Assembly (NCBI GenBank): GCA_050613775.1
Contig: JBODTK010000001.1
Span: forward strand, 1,798,001-1,862,000
Origin: Neocallimastix sp. 'constans'
Lineage: Eukaryota
Direction of reading: 5' to 3'
Length of the DNA: 64,000 nucleotides
The notes beneath the pieces were generated by a model that was not told the DNA's origin, did no database searches, and saw only the letters and a list, made by a program, of their open reading frames with translations. Positions within the stretch are counted from its first letter, which is position 1. Every line of letters starts with the position of its first letter. This document shows positions 24,151 through 40,349 of this stretch, piece by piece. Position numbers and translations under genes: made by a program.

Positions 24151-25636
24151 TTCTTATTTATTTTATTAAAGTTTTTTTTTTTTTTTTTTTTTTTTTAGAA
24201 AATATAAAAAAACTTAGTACATATATATTAAATAATTAATATTGAATAAATAATAATGATTGATAACAGTATAATATATCTATTAATATTATAATGTTAT
24301 ACTAAAGTTGTAGTAAAATTCTAACTTTCAAGAAAGAACTATTTTACAACTTTTAATGATAAAAATTATAAAAAGAAACTTTGTTTATTTTTTTATAAAA
24401 ATAAACTATTAATTTTACACAAAATTTATTTTATAAATAATTACACAAAAATTATTTATAATTCAAAGAAGTTATATTCTCAATAATATAACTTAAAAAT
24501 ATTAATTATTTATTATTTAATTTATTAATAATACTTCATTATATTTGACTAATTATTTCTTCTCTTTTCATAAAAAGTCCCCTTCTAAACGTTTATTTAC
24601 ATTTTCTTTTTATGAATTATTATTCTTTTTAGATTAATATAGTTCATAACTTAATTTAATATATTTCTTAATAATATAATATAACAAAGACATAAAATAA
24701 TATATAATAAGGTTTAAAGATAATATATTATACTAATTTAGAGTAATTAAAATATAATTTTAATATAACTTTAAAGAATATAGAAATATAAATTAATATA
24801 ACTTTTCTAATACATTAATTTGATACATTTGTATTGATTTTCTTTGTTTACATTTTTTTTATGAAATTTACTTAATATCTTGAAAATTCTTTATCAATGA
24901 TCATAATAATAATTGACAATAATAATTAGTAATAATTATAATAATAATTGATAATAATCATAATTATGAATAAATATCAATATTTTTTTTTTTTTACAAA
25001 ATAAAAAAAAAAACAATATAATTATGAAATAATAGGTAATATAATATAAAATTTTAGAATAAAAATAATAAAAATAATAAAAATAAAATAAAAATTATTT
25101 AGAATGTAAAATAAACTAAAAAGTCAATTAAAGAAATAAATAAAAAAAATAAAAAAATAAAAAAAATAAAACAATAAAATAATAAATTAAATAAAAATTA
25201 TTTATTAATTTATCCTTTTTTAATTAAGAAATTATTCTAATATAAAATAAACTTTGATATAGATTTTATAATACAATTAACAAATATTAATTAATTTTAT
25301 AATTATTAATATATAAATTAAAAATTTCTTAAGAATAAAGTTTATTATATTAAAATTTAATATTTTTATGATTATATTATTATTTAGTTGATGTCTTATA
25401 AAATGTAATAAGTTAGTGGCTTGCATATAATATACATAACATAAACATAATGCATTGGCATAAAATATAAAATTCATGTATTATTCATTAAATGGGCATA
25501 TTTAATTAAATTAAAATAAATAAAAAATTAAAGATTAAAATATCAAAAGATTAAGAGTCTCAGTGACTCCAGAGCAAACAAAATATTAATTAAAAAGCAT
25601 TGAATAATAAATAATTAATTTATATATATAAAAAAA

Positions 25637-26375
25637 ATGGTTGACGGCAAAGAGAGAGTCGCAACTAAGGATTTATTAACCAAAGAAAATTATAAGCTTT
25701 GGTTACAAGAAATTGATTTACTTTTTATCTATGAATGTATGAATGGAGCTGATGATTATAATTACGAAGAAAACAATAAAATATATAGATAAAAGCAAAA
25801 TAAAAAAAAAATATATTTCTAAACATAAAAAAAATTAAGAGAAGAAAAAGATTATATTACGACATAAGTGTTACTGAAGATATGGTAAAAGCTGATATTA
25901 AGGTCAAATATTATCTTCATAATAGTATATCAGATGATATAAAAGTTAAAATAAATTTTCAATCACTTAGTACTTATCAAAAGCATAAACACTATAAGTG
26001 ACGAAAGAAGAATATCAGAGCTCATGGACAAATTGGAAGGTATGAGATATTCCAAAGAAAAAGATATATGTCTATTTATATCAGATCTTGAAATGGTATT
26101 TGAGGAATTGAGAGATTTAGAGTATAAAGTCTCGGATGAGAAAAAATACAATTACTTCTATGCTTTGCTTTCAGACGATTTAATTATTGAATCAAATATG
26201 AACATTTAAAATCCACCATTCCTCACTTAATATATTTGAAAGAATTAAAGAGCAAAGCAATAAAAAATAAAAATTATGTTACCTATAATTCTCAAATAAA
26301 ATATACTAAATAAAGAAACTTTAAAAGAAAAACAAACAAAAGAAGAGAAAAAAGATGTTTTATCTTCCAGAAAAG
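25637..26375 (+). pseudogene. Ty1/copia-like gag relic
   Basis: MVDGKERVATKDLLTKENYKLWLQEIDLL, DICLFISDLEMVFEELRDLEYKVSDEKKYNY and a decayed knuckle-like KRCFIF; frameshifted. Confidence 0.65.
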
Positions 26376-26451
26376 TATTTCAATTTTTTTTTAATATTTT
26401 TTTTTTTTTTGAATATTAAATTAGTAATAAAAAATAATCTAATAATAAATG

Positions 26452-26488
<37 letters not shown>

Positions 26489-26739
26489 TTTAACGATTAT
26501 TTTCATATTATAAAATAGAGGCCTATGTATTGGAAACATTTTTTTTTTTTTTAAATGAAAAAAGAATAAAATTATTATAAAAAATTTTTAAATCACAATC
26601 TATAATAAAATTATATTATTATTTTTCTTTTTTTTTTTTTAAAAAAAAAATTGTTTCTGTTGATTTTTTGATTTCATATAAATCTATAATTTATATTTAA
26701 AACTATTTTAATATTTATTTATATTATAAAATAATAATT

Positions 26740-27610
26740 TAAGCTATAATCAAATTTCAATTTTTACCTAAATCCATTGTCAATTTATCAAATTTGAAAA
26801 CATTATAAGTTATTGAAAATAAATAATAAAAAAAATAAATTTTTAATAAATTTTTAGTAATAAAAAACATTTTTAAAATATGAAAACAATAAAAATAAAA
26901 AAAAAGAATAAAAATAAATTTTATTTAAATATTAAAAATTTTTTAGTTTATTCAAAATTAATAAATAATATTTTTTTTATAATATTAATAATATAAATTA
27001 TTATTACTATTATTATTATTAAATAAGAAAGAAATTTGGTATATTTCATTTATAATTATCTATATATAAATTTTAGCATGAACTATTTTATATTTAAATA
27101 TTAGATATTTAGATGAAAACCCAATTTCATGTATTCCTGAATCTATTGGTAAATTATCTAAATTGGAAAAAGTATAAAAATATTAAAAATTAATTATTGT
27201 ATATTCAATTTTATATATAAAATATATATTTATTTATTAACTATTTACTTTTTTTTTTTCAAATTTTAAGTGATAATGATAATAATAGGGGAAAATATTT
27301 ACCAAAGAGTATACTTAATTTACAAATACAGATAGTAGATGAACAATAAATGTGATTTCAAGTGGATGTTCAGGTAATAAAGAGAGTTTTGTAGATATTT
27401 GTGGAGAAAAAAATGATTTCTAAGAATATTCTGATGACAGTTATGAATCAAGTAATACGAATATAAATTACTTGGTGGTGTCTTTTTTAGCTATCATTTC
27501 AATAGTAGTTCTATTGTCTTTTGTTATATATATTAAATATTTTAAGAATAATGGTAAAAATAAAAAAAATAAAAAAAAAGACTTGCATATAAAAGAGATA
27601 GTAGCATAAA
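26740..27610 (+). pseudogene. 3' part of a decayed LRR + transmembrane receptor-like gene
   Basis: Exon-like LPKSIVNLSNLKTL and NPISCIPESIGKLSKLEK; hydrophobic stretch near 27470-27540. Confidence 0.6.
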
Positions 27611-27977
27611 AGAAACAGGTCATCCTATATTAGTTTAATTTATTTAAATATTATTTATTTATTCATTAATATTATTAGCTATTTATTTAAGCATTATTTA
27701 AGCATTCATTTATATTTAATTAATTCATATAACCTTTCTTTAATAAAGTTATTAAAGTTATTAAAAGATTAAGATTAATGCATAGTTTGGTAATATCATT
27801 GGACACAAAATTATTAAAAAATGCTAATATAGAAAAAAAATTTAAAAAAATATACACTTTTTAAATTACAGTTTATTTCTCATGAAGAAAGTATTTAAAA
27901 AAAAAAAAAAAAGTGAAACAAAGAATTATTAATATATTTTTTATTGCTTTTTTTTAATGTAAAAAAAAAATAGAAAT

Positions 27978-29845
<1,868 letters not shown>

Positions 29846-30562
29846 TTGTATGGCTTTTAATATCACATATATTAAAAAAAATTATTCTTATAAAAAAAAT
29901 ATAAAGACTTTATTATATTCTATTTTATTATTATTATTTTTTTTTCTGACTAAGAAAAGACTTTATTTAATTTATAATAATAATAATGTTACATGATTTA
30001 AATGAAAAAATAAAAAATAAAGTACATGAAATGAAATATTATATTTTATATAATTATAAAAGTGCGTTAGAAGCAATAGTTTCTAACTTTTACCATTCAT
30101 CGATGATAACGCCACATCCATTATTAGGAGTAATAATTTCAGTATAAGCGTTATCAACCGAATCTGTATCAGATCTTACACAGGAAGGTGAAAATCCATG
30201 CCTTATCATTTCGACGTTGACACTCTTAGCAACGGTAGATTCAACAGAATACCATTTCATCATCAATCTAAAAGATCAACAAATTAAAGGTATTACGTTT
30301 GTTAGAAACTCCGCAATCCCCACAAAATACGGAACAATCGACGAAGTTGAACTTTGTTTAAAAATATTGTCACCTAATTGTCTTCGTTCCTCATCATTAA
30401 GTTTAATTTTTTCATATATTGAACGTCCGCCAAGAAGAGCACTCAATATTAAGTAGTAAATATTATTATCATAATTCCTTTTCAGAATCTAAAGAAACAT
30501 CCAAGAATTTTTGTTCAATTATCATAACAAACTTCAAAAAGAGACCATCTAGAAAAGATTTT

Positions 30563-31775
30563 ATTTTTTTTTTTTTTTTTTTTTTTTTAACGGCAGCAAA
30601 CTTGTTTCATCTTTATTAATTAAATATTTTAAAAAATGCATGTAATAAAAAGAAAAAAGAAAAAAAAAAAAAGATAAAAAAATAAAGATAAAAAAATAAA
30701 CAAAACAAAAAAAAAACACAAAATAAAATAAAAATAATAGTATAAAATATTCTAGTTTCATTTAATTAATATCTGTAAGACTTCACAAGGGCATTATTAT
30801 ACTGAAGTATAATAATTAATTTTGACTTCATAATGTTAATCATAATTTTAAGATATGAAATTATAATCTTCATTGGTGGCGCTAGCCCAGCTGGCCTGTC
30901 TTACTTTCTTCAGCATTGACGCTCTTGGTAGTAGTAGTACGATTCGATTTGAACCTATTGAACAAAGACCATTGCTGGCCAATAGCAATAGGTATAATCG
31001 ATTGAAGAAGAGCCGCAGTAACCACCAAGAATGGAGTATCAGAATAAGCTCCTGATTTCATCTGGCTCTTAAATAGATCCTTCCATTCCCTTGTACTGTT
31101 ATTAATACTTCGACCTCCAAGAAAGAAATTAAACACTTTTTCACACACACTAGAATCAATATACACATTCTTTTCAATACTATTACTAACATTACTAAAA
31201 ATACTATCACTAATATTACTATAACTATTATTACTATTACTATTATTACTATTACTATAATCATTATTACTATTAACTATATCATTTGTTAGGTTGCAAC
31301 GGTTAAAAGCGTTATATAAAAATAAAATTTTATCATTAACTTTACTACAAATATGATTGAAAAAAGGACAATCAATTAACCAATGCTTTATCCATTGTTT
31401 ATTACTTTTACAATAGGGACAAAAATTAGGACACATTTGATCTGTTATTTTTGCAGCTTTAGCAATTCTAGCATCTAATCTATATCCGCTTCGTGCTCTC
31501 AATAGCCAATAGAAACCATATGAAAGATCAGGATATTCATAGCAAAGTTTTATAAAATTTGATGTTTCTTCTAATTTGCTTTTGTCATAAAATTCAGCTT
31601 TAATAGAATTGATTTTCATATCTCTTTCAATAAAAAACCTTGATTTTATTATCGTTATTACCTCTTTTCTCTAGTTTACGTTTAAGAGTTCTACTTTCTT
31701 ACGTCCATGTATATTTTCTAGATTTTGGAATATTATTAACTAAATAGGAAATAATACAATTTGAATCTTTCCATT
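30563..31775 (-). mobile_element. 5'-truncated LINE family B nested in family A
   Basis: Poly(T) at 30564-30588, 3' end AACGGCAGCAAAC; ORF 30882..31619 with CPNFCPYC…HWLIDC zinc finger and LGGR motif. Confidence 0.88.
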
Positions 31776-31899
31776 GATCCAGTGAGAAAAGCTAGGTTCA
31801 CTTATACCACAACAAGGGCAACATTTAGGGCAATCTTCTGAGATTTTTTTATTTTTAATGGAAATACTAATGTCAAATTTAAAACCATACCTAATTCGA

Positions 31900-32087
31900 T
31901 TTTTTTTTTTTTTTTATAGCCGCAATTATCGCGAACTTTAATCTTTATTTATTTATTCTTATATAAAATACATGAATACTTTTAATTATAATAAAAAATA
32001 AAAAAACACAGAATTAATAAAATAAATAAATATTATTTGTCCAATTTGAACATAATAATAAATGAAATAGTAACGTGAAATAAACAG
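31900..32087 (-). mobile_element. Short 3'-end insertion of LINE family C
   Basis: Poly(T) tail; TSD TACCTAATTCGA (31888-31899) / TACCTAATCCGA (32088-32099); matches 43484-43560 plus 45287-45370. Confidence 0.85.
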
Positions 32088-32706
32088 TACCTAATCCGAG
32101 AAATCCAAAAGAATCCTAATTGATGGAAAATAACCTGATACATAAAAATTAAAAATGTAACTAAATATTAAGGAATACATTAAGGATAATTTTATAATAT
32201 TATTAAAATCACTTCTATAAATGTATAAAAAAAATAAAAAATAAAAAATAAAAAAAAAAGTAGTTCTGATAGTTTTATAATGCATATTATTTAATACTTT
32301 ATTTAAAAAAATTTTTTTATTAAAAAATACTTTATTTAAATAATTTTTTTTTTAAATGCATATTATTTTATAATACTTTATTGTAAAATAAAAAAAAATT
32401 TTTATTAAAAAATACTTAATTTAAGTATTTTTTTTTTTTAAATGCATATTATTTAATACTTTGTATTAAAATTTTTTTATTAAAATACTTAAAATTTAAA
32501 TGTTTTCTTTTTTTTTTTTTTTTTAATTAAAATTTTTTACAAACTATATTATTAATAATCATTAATTCCATTTATAGTATAATTCATTAATTATTTCATT
32601 ATTTTTTATATATTAAATAATTTAATTATTTACTTATTTAATATTTTATTTTATTTTATTTATTAATTATTTATTTACTACTATTTATTAACGATAGGAA
32701 AAAAAA

Positions 32707-34161
32707 TTAATTATATAATACGGTGATTGAACGTGGTTCAAGTTTACCCGTAATTCTACCTTCTGAAACATTAAACGTATTATGAGGAGAAACATGGTTT
32801 TTATAGTTACCATTGGCTAAGTTAGTTTCACTGTTCAAATCATAATGTTCATATTTAAGATTAATGATGGTGATTCCACGTTGACCACGTTCAATCATAA
32901 GTACATTAGTATCCCCATTTGGATTTCTCAAGTGTTCATTTTCATTGACCATGGTGTTACGGAAGATATTTACAGAGGCGACTGATTCATCCTTATATAA
33001 TGGATCTCCTTCTTGTCCAAGTTTGGCGGATTCAGGGAATTGAGGATTTTCACCACCACCTCCACGAGGTCTTGAAAAGAATAATGGTGTTGTTGATTTT
33101 CTGGCCGCAAGAAGAGCCCAAGCTAACTTAATTTTATCGTTAGTTAAGTAAACTGAAAATTTATCGTCATTGGCATAGTTATCATGAGATTCAACCCAGG
33201 TGACCAATTTTGATGGTTCTACATTTCCATCGTATTGAAGAACACGGTTAACGCTAAAATCGTTACTATCTACGGCGCTAATAATATTTTTACCGTAATT
33301 TGAGGCGGTAATTCTCATGTAGCGAGCGTAATCTTGATCTCTAGAGGTTTCATCTTGAAGAAGTTCACCGTATTGGAATTCAGAACCATTACTTAAAACG
33401 GTTGGCCAGAATCGACTACCATAATCTGGATCATCTGGTAATTCAATATGTTTAGCGGTATCGTATCTAAAACCGGAAGCACCATCTTTCACAATACGTT
33501 TTAACATGGAGAGTACTCTTTGATAATATTCTGGATTTTGAGTATTAATATCTCTTAAACCGACCAAATCACGTTGAGTGACGTGATAACGATCACCCCA
33601 GTTATCAATTCCTCTGGGTTCATGATACCATTTTGGATCCTTCCATTCCCCTATACAATTGCTAATATCAGTAGTCATATGGTTTAGAACGGCATCTACG
33701 ATAACTTTAATACCGTATTTTCTGGCTTCAGAACATAAAGATTTGAATTCATCTTCTGTACCGACAATATAGTTGCCAATATTTTGACTTATAGGTTGAT
33801 ATCCATATACCCAATTACCAAACCTTCTATTACCATTATCACCTATATAACATTCTTGAATTGGAGAAGTTTGCACAGCAGTGTAACCTGCATTTCTAAT
33901 TTCTGGTAGTTTTTCTTTGATCGTATTAAATGACCAACCGAAAGCGTGAAGAATAACCCCTTTTTCAATACTATCAGCATGATAAGATACCTTTTTTATA
34001 TCTTGAACATTAGTGACCTTACTAGCATTGGTTTCATTTGTAGCATAAGAGGTCTTTTTTTCCTTGATTGTTTGGTCTTTATTATTTTTTCTTTTTTCTT
34101 TCTCTTTAAGGTGAGGAGAAATTACAGATAATACAATATGTAATTTTTTCATAAATTTCAT
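32707..34161 (-). CDS. Alpha-amylase, GH13 (Bacillus AmyE / GH13_28-like), intronless
   Basis: GVILHAFGWSFNTI…AGYTAVQTSPI, VDAVLNH, GFRYDTAKH (nucleophile), QYGELLQ (acid/base), TWVESHD. Confidence 0.93.
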   Translation of the reverse strand: MKFMKKLHIVLSVISPHLKEKEKRKNNKDQTIKEKKTSYATNETNASKVTNVQDIKKVSYHADSIEKGVILHAFGWSFNTIKEKLPEIRNAGYTAVQTSPIQECYIGDNGNRRFGNWVYGYQPISQNIGNYIVGTEDEFKSLCSEARKYGIKVIVDAVLNHMTTDISNCIGEWKDPKWYHEPRGIDNWGDRYHVTQRDLVGLRDINTQNPEYYQRVLSMLKRIVKDGASGFRYDTAKHIELPDDPDYGSRFWPTVLSNGSEFQYGELLQDETSRDQDYARYMRITASNYGKNIISAVDSNDFSVNRVLQYDGNVEPSKLVTWVESHDNYANDDKFSVYLTNDKIKLAWALLAARKSTTPLFFSRPRGGGGENPQFPESAKLGQEGDPLYKDESVASVNIFRNTMVNENEHLRNPNGDTNVLMIERGQRGITIINLKYEHYDLNSETNLANGNYKNHVSPHNTFNVSEGRITGKLEPRSITVLYN

Positions 34162-34721
34162 TTTCGTTTTATTATATATTTACAATTAATTGATAAAAAA
34201 TTTTAGATGGTAATTAACGATAGTTGAAAATAAATAAGTTATAGATAAATAATTTATTTTAAATAATAATTATAAATTATACAATTTTTTTTATTTATTT
34301 AATTTTTATTATTAATAATATTCTTTTTTAAATAAATAATTTTTTTTTTTTACTTTCTTTATTTTTTTAATTTTTTTAATATTTTATTTTTTTAGTTTTT
34401 TTTTTTTTAATTTTTTTTTTTTTTTTTTTTTTTATAAATTTTCTTGTTATATAAAACTAAAGAAAATCTTTTTATATTTATACTATTTTTTTTTTATATA
34501 TAATTACATTTTTATTTATTTATTTATTTATTTATTAAATACAGAATATAAAATTTATCGATCAAAAATACAAAAATCGATTTTTTAATTTAAAAATAAA
34601 ATGGCAAAAATTTTAAAAAAAATTTTAATTTTTTAAATTAAAAATAAAAATGGCAGAAATTTTAAAAAAAAAAATGTTAAAATGTAAAATGTAAAATGTA
34701 AAAAATAACAGTATTATGAAA

Positions 34722-34764
<43 letters not shown>

Positions 34765-35899
34765 AAGAAAAAAGGTATATTTCCAATTTAATTAATTGTT
34801 TTTTTTTTTTTAAAAAAAATATATAAATAAATAAAAAGTGAAATAGAAATAATAAACAATATTTAATATTTAATAATAAAAAAATACACTTTAAATTTTT
34901 ATTATAAATTTTTTATAATTATTATTATGATATATGTAATAATAAATAATATTAGTATAAAATTTGGTTGTAAATTATATTATAAATTTTGTATATCAAA
35001 TTAAAACTATTAATAATGAATAACTAAATAATTAGCTTTTTACCTTTAGTATAAAACCTGATTTTATTATTATTATTATTATTATTATAAAGGAAGCTTT
35101 TTTTTTTTTTATCGTAAATAATTCTTTTAACTTTAACTTTAATCCTATTTACCAATAATTCCAAAAGTATTTATTTTTATTTAGTTATTCCCTTTTCTTT
35201 GGTTCATGCATAAAATAAAAAAAAAAATTTTTAAGTTATTGTTTCCAATTTATTTATTATCCATCCATTATTTATTTATTATAATCATTTTTTAATCTTT
35301 TTTTTTTAAATTCATTAAGTGGCTTAACAAAATTCATTTTACTATATATAGAATAATATATTATGAATAAGATATTTATCTATTTTATCAATATATTACA
35401 CAGATATTATTAATTTATAATTTCATTTCATAATTTCTTTTATATTCTTTTTTTGGAATAATTAAAAAACAAATAAATCTATTTTATCAATATTTTACAG
35501 AAATTATTAATATATAATTTTTAATTTATAATTTTTTTTATATTCCTTTTTTGGTATAATCAAATTTTTTCAACAATATTATGTTATCATTAAGCAAAAA
35601 TTGAATTTATTTTTTAAATGTTATTTTTAGAGAAAAAAATTTTTTTTAATAAATTATATATTACACAAATACATTTTATTTTATTTTATTTTATTTTATT
35701 TTATTTTATTTTATTTTATTTTATTTTATTTTATTTTATTTTAATTTATTTTATTTTAATTTATTTTATTTTATTTTTAGATTAATTTATTGGATGAAAC
35801 TATATTAATTATTTGTATTAATATTATTATTTGTCACTTTAATTAAACTTTTGGGCTTGTATTAGATACGATCATTTATTATCTTTATCATTATTCAAA

Positions 35900-36085
35900 T
35901 TTAGTTAAGACTTTCTTTCATTCCTGAGTCTATCCATTAATGAGTTATTTAAATACTTGGTGAGGCCATTGGCTAGATTATTCTCCGATTTTATGTATCT
36001 TAATTTTATTTTATTAGATAATTAATATCAATGAGCTTTAATTTTGTATTAATTGATTTTGATAATTATATATTGCAGTCTTGTT
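35900..36085 (-). pseudogene. Copia RNase H C-terminal relic
   Basis: KIKLRYIKSENNLANGLTKYLNNSLMDRLRNE resembles the copia N.AD..TK motif. Confidence 0.7.
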
Positions 36086-36109
36086 AAATCCAAATCCTTC
36101 TAATTTAGA

Positions 36110-36640
36110 AATCTATGGAGAATATCCATTTAATGAAATATCAGTTGTTTCTGCTACAGGAGGAACTTTGTTTGGAGTTGCTAAGAAAGCAAATCTTCAT
36201 TTGATTTTTCATGAATTTTATCAAAATCGGTAATTAATTGCTTATGACTATATTATTAGGTATAGTGAACCACATAAGACTGTAATCAATATATCATTCG
36301 GTGGTCATCAATTTCAGAAATAGGTAAATAATAAAATTAATGAATTGATTGGAAAAGGTTATATTATTTTTGTTTCTGCAGGAAATGAATATGAAAATGC
36401 TTGTAAAGAAGATCGTAAAGAATTTTCTTATGGTTTATATAATGGTTCAATTTCTGTTGGTGCCGCTACTTTTAATATAGAACATAATAGATATGACGGA
36501 ATATTCAAATTTTGGTGAGTAGCCAATGTAGTTACATCGATTGTGTCAGAACATCCTGAAATTAAATTTACTCAGGAATGAAAAAGACTTTAATTGATCT
36601 TTCTATAAAAAATAATATCATTAGATTAGGTTCAAAGGAC
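36110..36640 (+). pseudogene. Subtilisin-like (S8) protease relic
   Basis: GGTLFGVAKKANLHL, HKTVINISFGG, IFVSAGNEYENAC, ISVGAA with stops and frameshifts. Confidence 0.8.
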
Positions 36641-36729
36641 GCATTAATAATTGGATGTTGAAAAATTGAATTGTAAATTGGATATTATTGTTTCACCGAT
36701 ACTACACTTTATTTATTTAATAACATTAA

Positions 36730-37245
36730 CGAATATATTCTTCCAGTATGTTTATCTTATTTTCTTACTTGTACCTCTCTTTGGCCTCGAAAACTGACAT
36801 ATATAGAATGTACTAATTCAGAATATTTTTCCATAAATCTTGAATATCCTTGTAGAAACAAAAATCCATATCATATCCGGTGAAACGGTAATTGGATAAT
36901 GTTCTTTATAGGAATAAATTAATCAGTAAATTAATAATTTTTTACTGTCAAAATATATTTTTGTTTGATCGGTATCAAATTTACAATGTAATACTTTCAT
37001 GGATTCATTCATTTGATATATGTGGATTCCATTTTTTTTTTTTTCATTTTCCTCTTAATTTCATTTCTATCTTAATTACTTTTATCACTTAAACCTGGAA
37101 TGGTTCTCATTCTTTGAAATATATTCGAATAAATATCCTTGATAGAAAGCATTTTAAACTTTTCAAAATAAGATTTTGGTTGAGGAAGACCTTTTTCCAC
37201 ATTAAAAAATTAATAGTTTCATAAGTTTTTCTTACTTTCATTATG
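36730..37245 (-). pseudogene. Truncated paralogue of the DUF4419 gene
   Basis: 36812-36910 closely matches 41178-41280; no long ORF. Confidence 0.8.
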
Positions 37246-37316
37246 ATAAGAATAAAGTTAACAATAATATATAATTATATTTGTTATAAAAAAAATATTA
37301 AAAAGTTCTATATATT

Positions 37317-37352
<36 letters not shown>

Positions 37353-37375
37353 ATATATGTTAAATAATAAATATT

Positions 37376-37435
<60 letters not shown>

Positions 37436-38063
37436 TTATTTTAAATTAAAAATCAAAAATTATTGGAAATTTTATTTTATTATAATTAAATATAAATTTT
37501 TTGTACCACCACCTTTTTTTTTTTTTTTTTTTTGTAGGTTCAATCAAAACTAGTAATTTATAAATTATAATCTCTTATTATTTATATTTATTGTATTTCT
37601 AATTTTAAAGAGATAGATTTAACCTTATAAAGTATTAATTTAATTTTCTTTTTTTTTTTTTATAATAAATAACATACTAATTTATTTTTAATTAAAATAA
37701 TGATATTAATATTAATATAAAGTGTTAGTTTTAATTTTATAATTTTATAATGGTATTACTAGAGTTTTTAAATTATAATTTATATATTGGTAAAATAAGA
37801 AGGCTTAAAAAAAAAAAATAAAATCTAATAATATAATAGTATTCTTTTAAAAATAGAAAAAAGAAGGAAATGAAATATTTCTTTTTAATCTTTTTTTTTT
37901 TATTTCAATTTTAATTTTATTTTTAATTTTATTTTTAATTTTATTTTTAATTTTATTTTTATTTTTATTTTTACTTTTTTTTTTTTTTTTTGCATAGATT
38001 TCTACTCATCTATTAATTTATATTCTATTACATAATTAATTTTTCTTTAATAGTAGGAAAGAT

Positions 38064-39025
38064 TTAGTGCAAAGCGGTATATATATTATTTTTATTTATA
38101 TTGAAACTATGTTCAACTAAATATCTGACAATATTCTTATTTCTTTTTCTCCCTGCTATATGTAATGGTATTTCATTATGATTATCCTCTTCGTTCACAT
38201 CCACTACGTGTTCAATTAAATATTTGACTATATTTTCATTTCCACCTTTACAATCTTTATGTAATGGCATTTCACCAATATTATCCTCTTTATTTATATC
38301 TGCACCATGTTCAACAAAATATATGAATACATTTTCATTTCTACCTTCATAAACTCTATGTAATGGTATTTCACCATTAACATTTTTTTTATTCATATCT
38401 GCTCCATGTTAAACTAAATATTTGACTATATTTTCATTTCCACCTCTACAAGCTTTATGTAATGGTATTTCATTTCTAAAACATTCTTTATTTATATCTG
38501 TAACTGCTCCGTGTTCAATTAAATAATAGAACATATTTTCATTTCTTTTTTTTACATACTTCAAGAAATAGGTTATTAAAATCATTATAACTAAATTCTT
38601 ATTTCGAAGCTTTATATTTTTAAATTTATAAAGTTAAATCTGATGTAGATATGGCTATTTTATTTTTATAATGAAAAAGTAAAGTATTAATAATAAATCC
38701 ATTATCAAAAAACTTTAAATATAAGAAAAATTTTATTGAACATCTCAGGATTATTTTCTTTTATTACTTTTTTCATTAATAATGAAGACGATATATATAT
38801 ATTTAGTACAGTTTTTAACTATAAAATTCAATCTTTCAGAAGTAAGTAAATGTTTATCATACGTTTCATATCATTTTCATTTTCAGAAGATATATTATTA
38901 TTATTATTATTATAATAATATATATTAATTAGTAATTTTATTTCATTAATATCTATTATATCAATTGTTTTTGCATTGGAATCAAGTTGAAAATTATTGT
39001 TATTATTGAGATTTTCAAAAGTCAT
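38064..39025 (-). pseudogene. Ankyrin-repeat gene, decayed
   Basis: Repeats of GEIPLH…GNENIVKYLIEH.ADINKE; in-frame stop at ~38410 and a broken upstream frame. Confidence 0.85.
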
Positions 39026-39734
39026 TTTCTAAATAATTATTATTTTTAATATTTTTATATTACATATGAATGTGAGCATTTCACCAATTTTTATAATACA
39101 AATTTTCAATACGCCATTTTATTTTTAATGGCTTGTAAAATTTTTATTAGCGCCATAAAAAATTTTAATACAATTATGTAAAAAAATAAATGTATAAATA
39201 AATAAATAAAGAATATAATAATATTAAGTATACAAAAAAAAAAAAAATTATACAATTAAATTGGAATAAAATATTAAAAAATATTTTAATATTTTATAAT
39301 ATTTTCATTTTTATAATATTTAATTAACAATCTTTTTATTTACTCCATTTACTCTATATTTACTTAATTTCCAGTTTTAGTTTTATTTTTATTTTCATAG
39401 TAAATATTATTTGTTATATTTCATGTACTTTTTGAATATTCTCTTTGATAAAATCAACTTAATAATGCATAGCCAATAAAAAAAAAGTTTAAATCTTTTT
39501 TTTTTTTTTTTTTTTTTTTTTTCGTTAAAATATAAATACTTTTCATAAAATAATGAATAAAAGTTAAAACCATAGTAGAAATAAAATAAAATAAAATAAA
39601 ATAAATTAAATAAATTAAATTTCCTATAATATGTTTTAATTTTAATAATATAAAAAAAAATATATCATCCCATATCGATATTAAATATGAGCATCATTTT
39701 TATCAACCTATTAAATAAAAGTATTTTATTATAT

Positions 39735-39780
<46 letters not shown>

Positions 39781-39891
39781 TTACTCATTATGTATTATTA
39801 TTATTATTTTTATTAATATTAATTTTTGAAATTCAAATTTTGTTAAAAAAAAAAAAAAAAAATTATTAATATTAATTTTTGAAATTCAAAT

Positions 39892-39933
<42 letters not shown>

Positions 39934-40257
39934 TTTTCTTTTTCTTTTCTTTTTTTATTTTTTTTAAAAAAATAATTAACTATATTTAATTTTATAATAC
40001 TAATATTATATTATTATTATTTTTAAATTTAAAGTAATATGAAGGTTTAAAATTAAAATAAAATTGAATAATTTAATTAATATTTCTTTTTTAAAATAAA
40101 ATATAGAATAGTGCTTTACGACCATATGAATCTTTTTTATTCATATCTGCTTCAATTTTTAACTAAATATTTGAATATATTTTTATTTTATTTTATTTTT
40201 TTTTTTTTTTTATTATTTTGTTTTGTTTTGTTTGTTTGTTGTAATTAAGTTTTTAAT

Positions 40258-40293
<36 letters not shown>

Positions 40294-40349
40294 TATTATA
40301 TTCTTTTTTTTTTTTTTATTTTTTATTTTATTTTTTTTTTCTTAATTCT

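Larger units (their letters stand above)
29935..32124 (-). mobile_element. 5'-truncated LINE family A copy split by two later insertions
   Basis: ~29948-30562, ~31776-31899 and 32088-32124 are colinear with ~58564-59354 of the full-length element. Confidence 0.9.

Noticed and set aside
32280..32500. Three degenerate ~80-bp repeats (similar small duplications near 35380-35560, 39815-39900 and 41840-42200)
   Set aside because: Ordinary local slippage duplications in AT-rich DNA with no further structure
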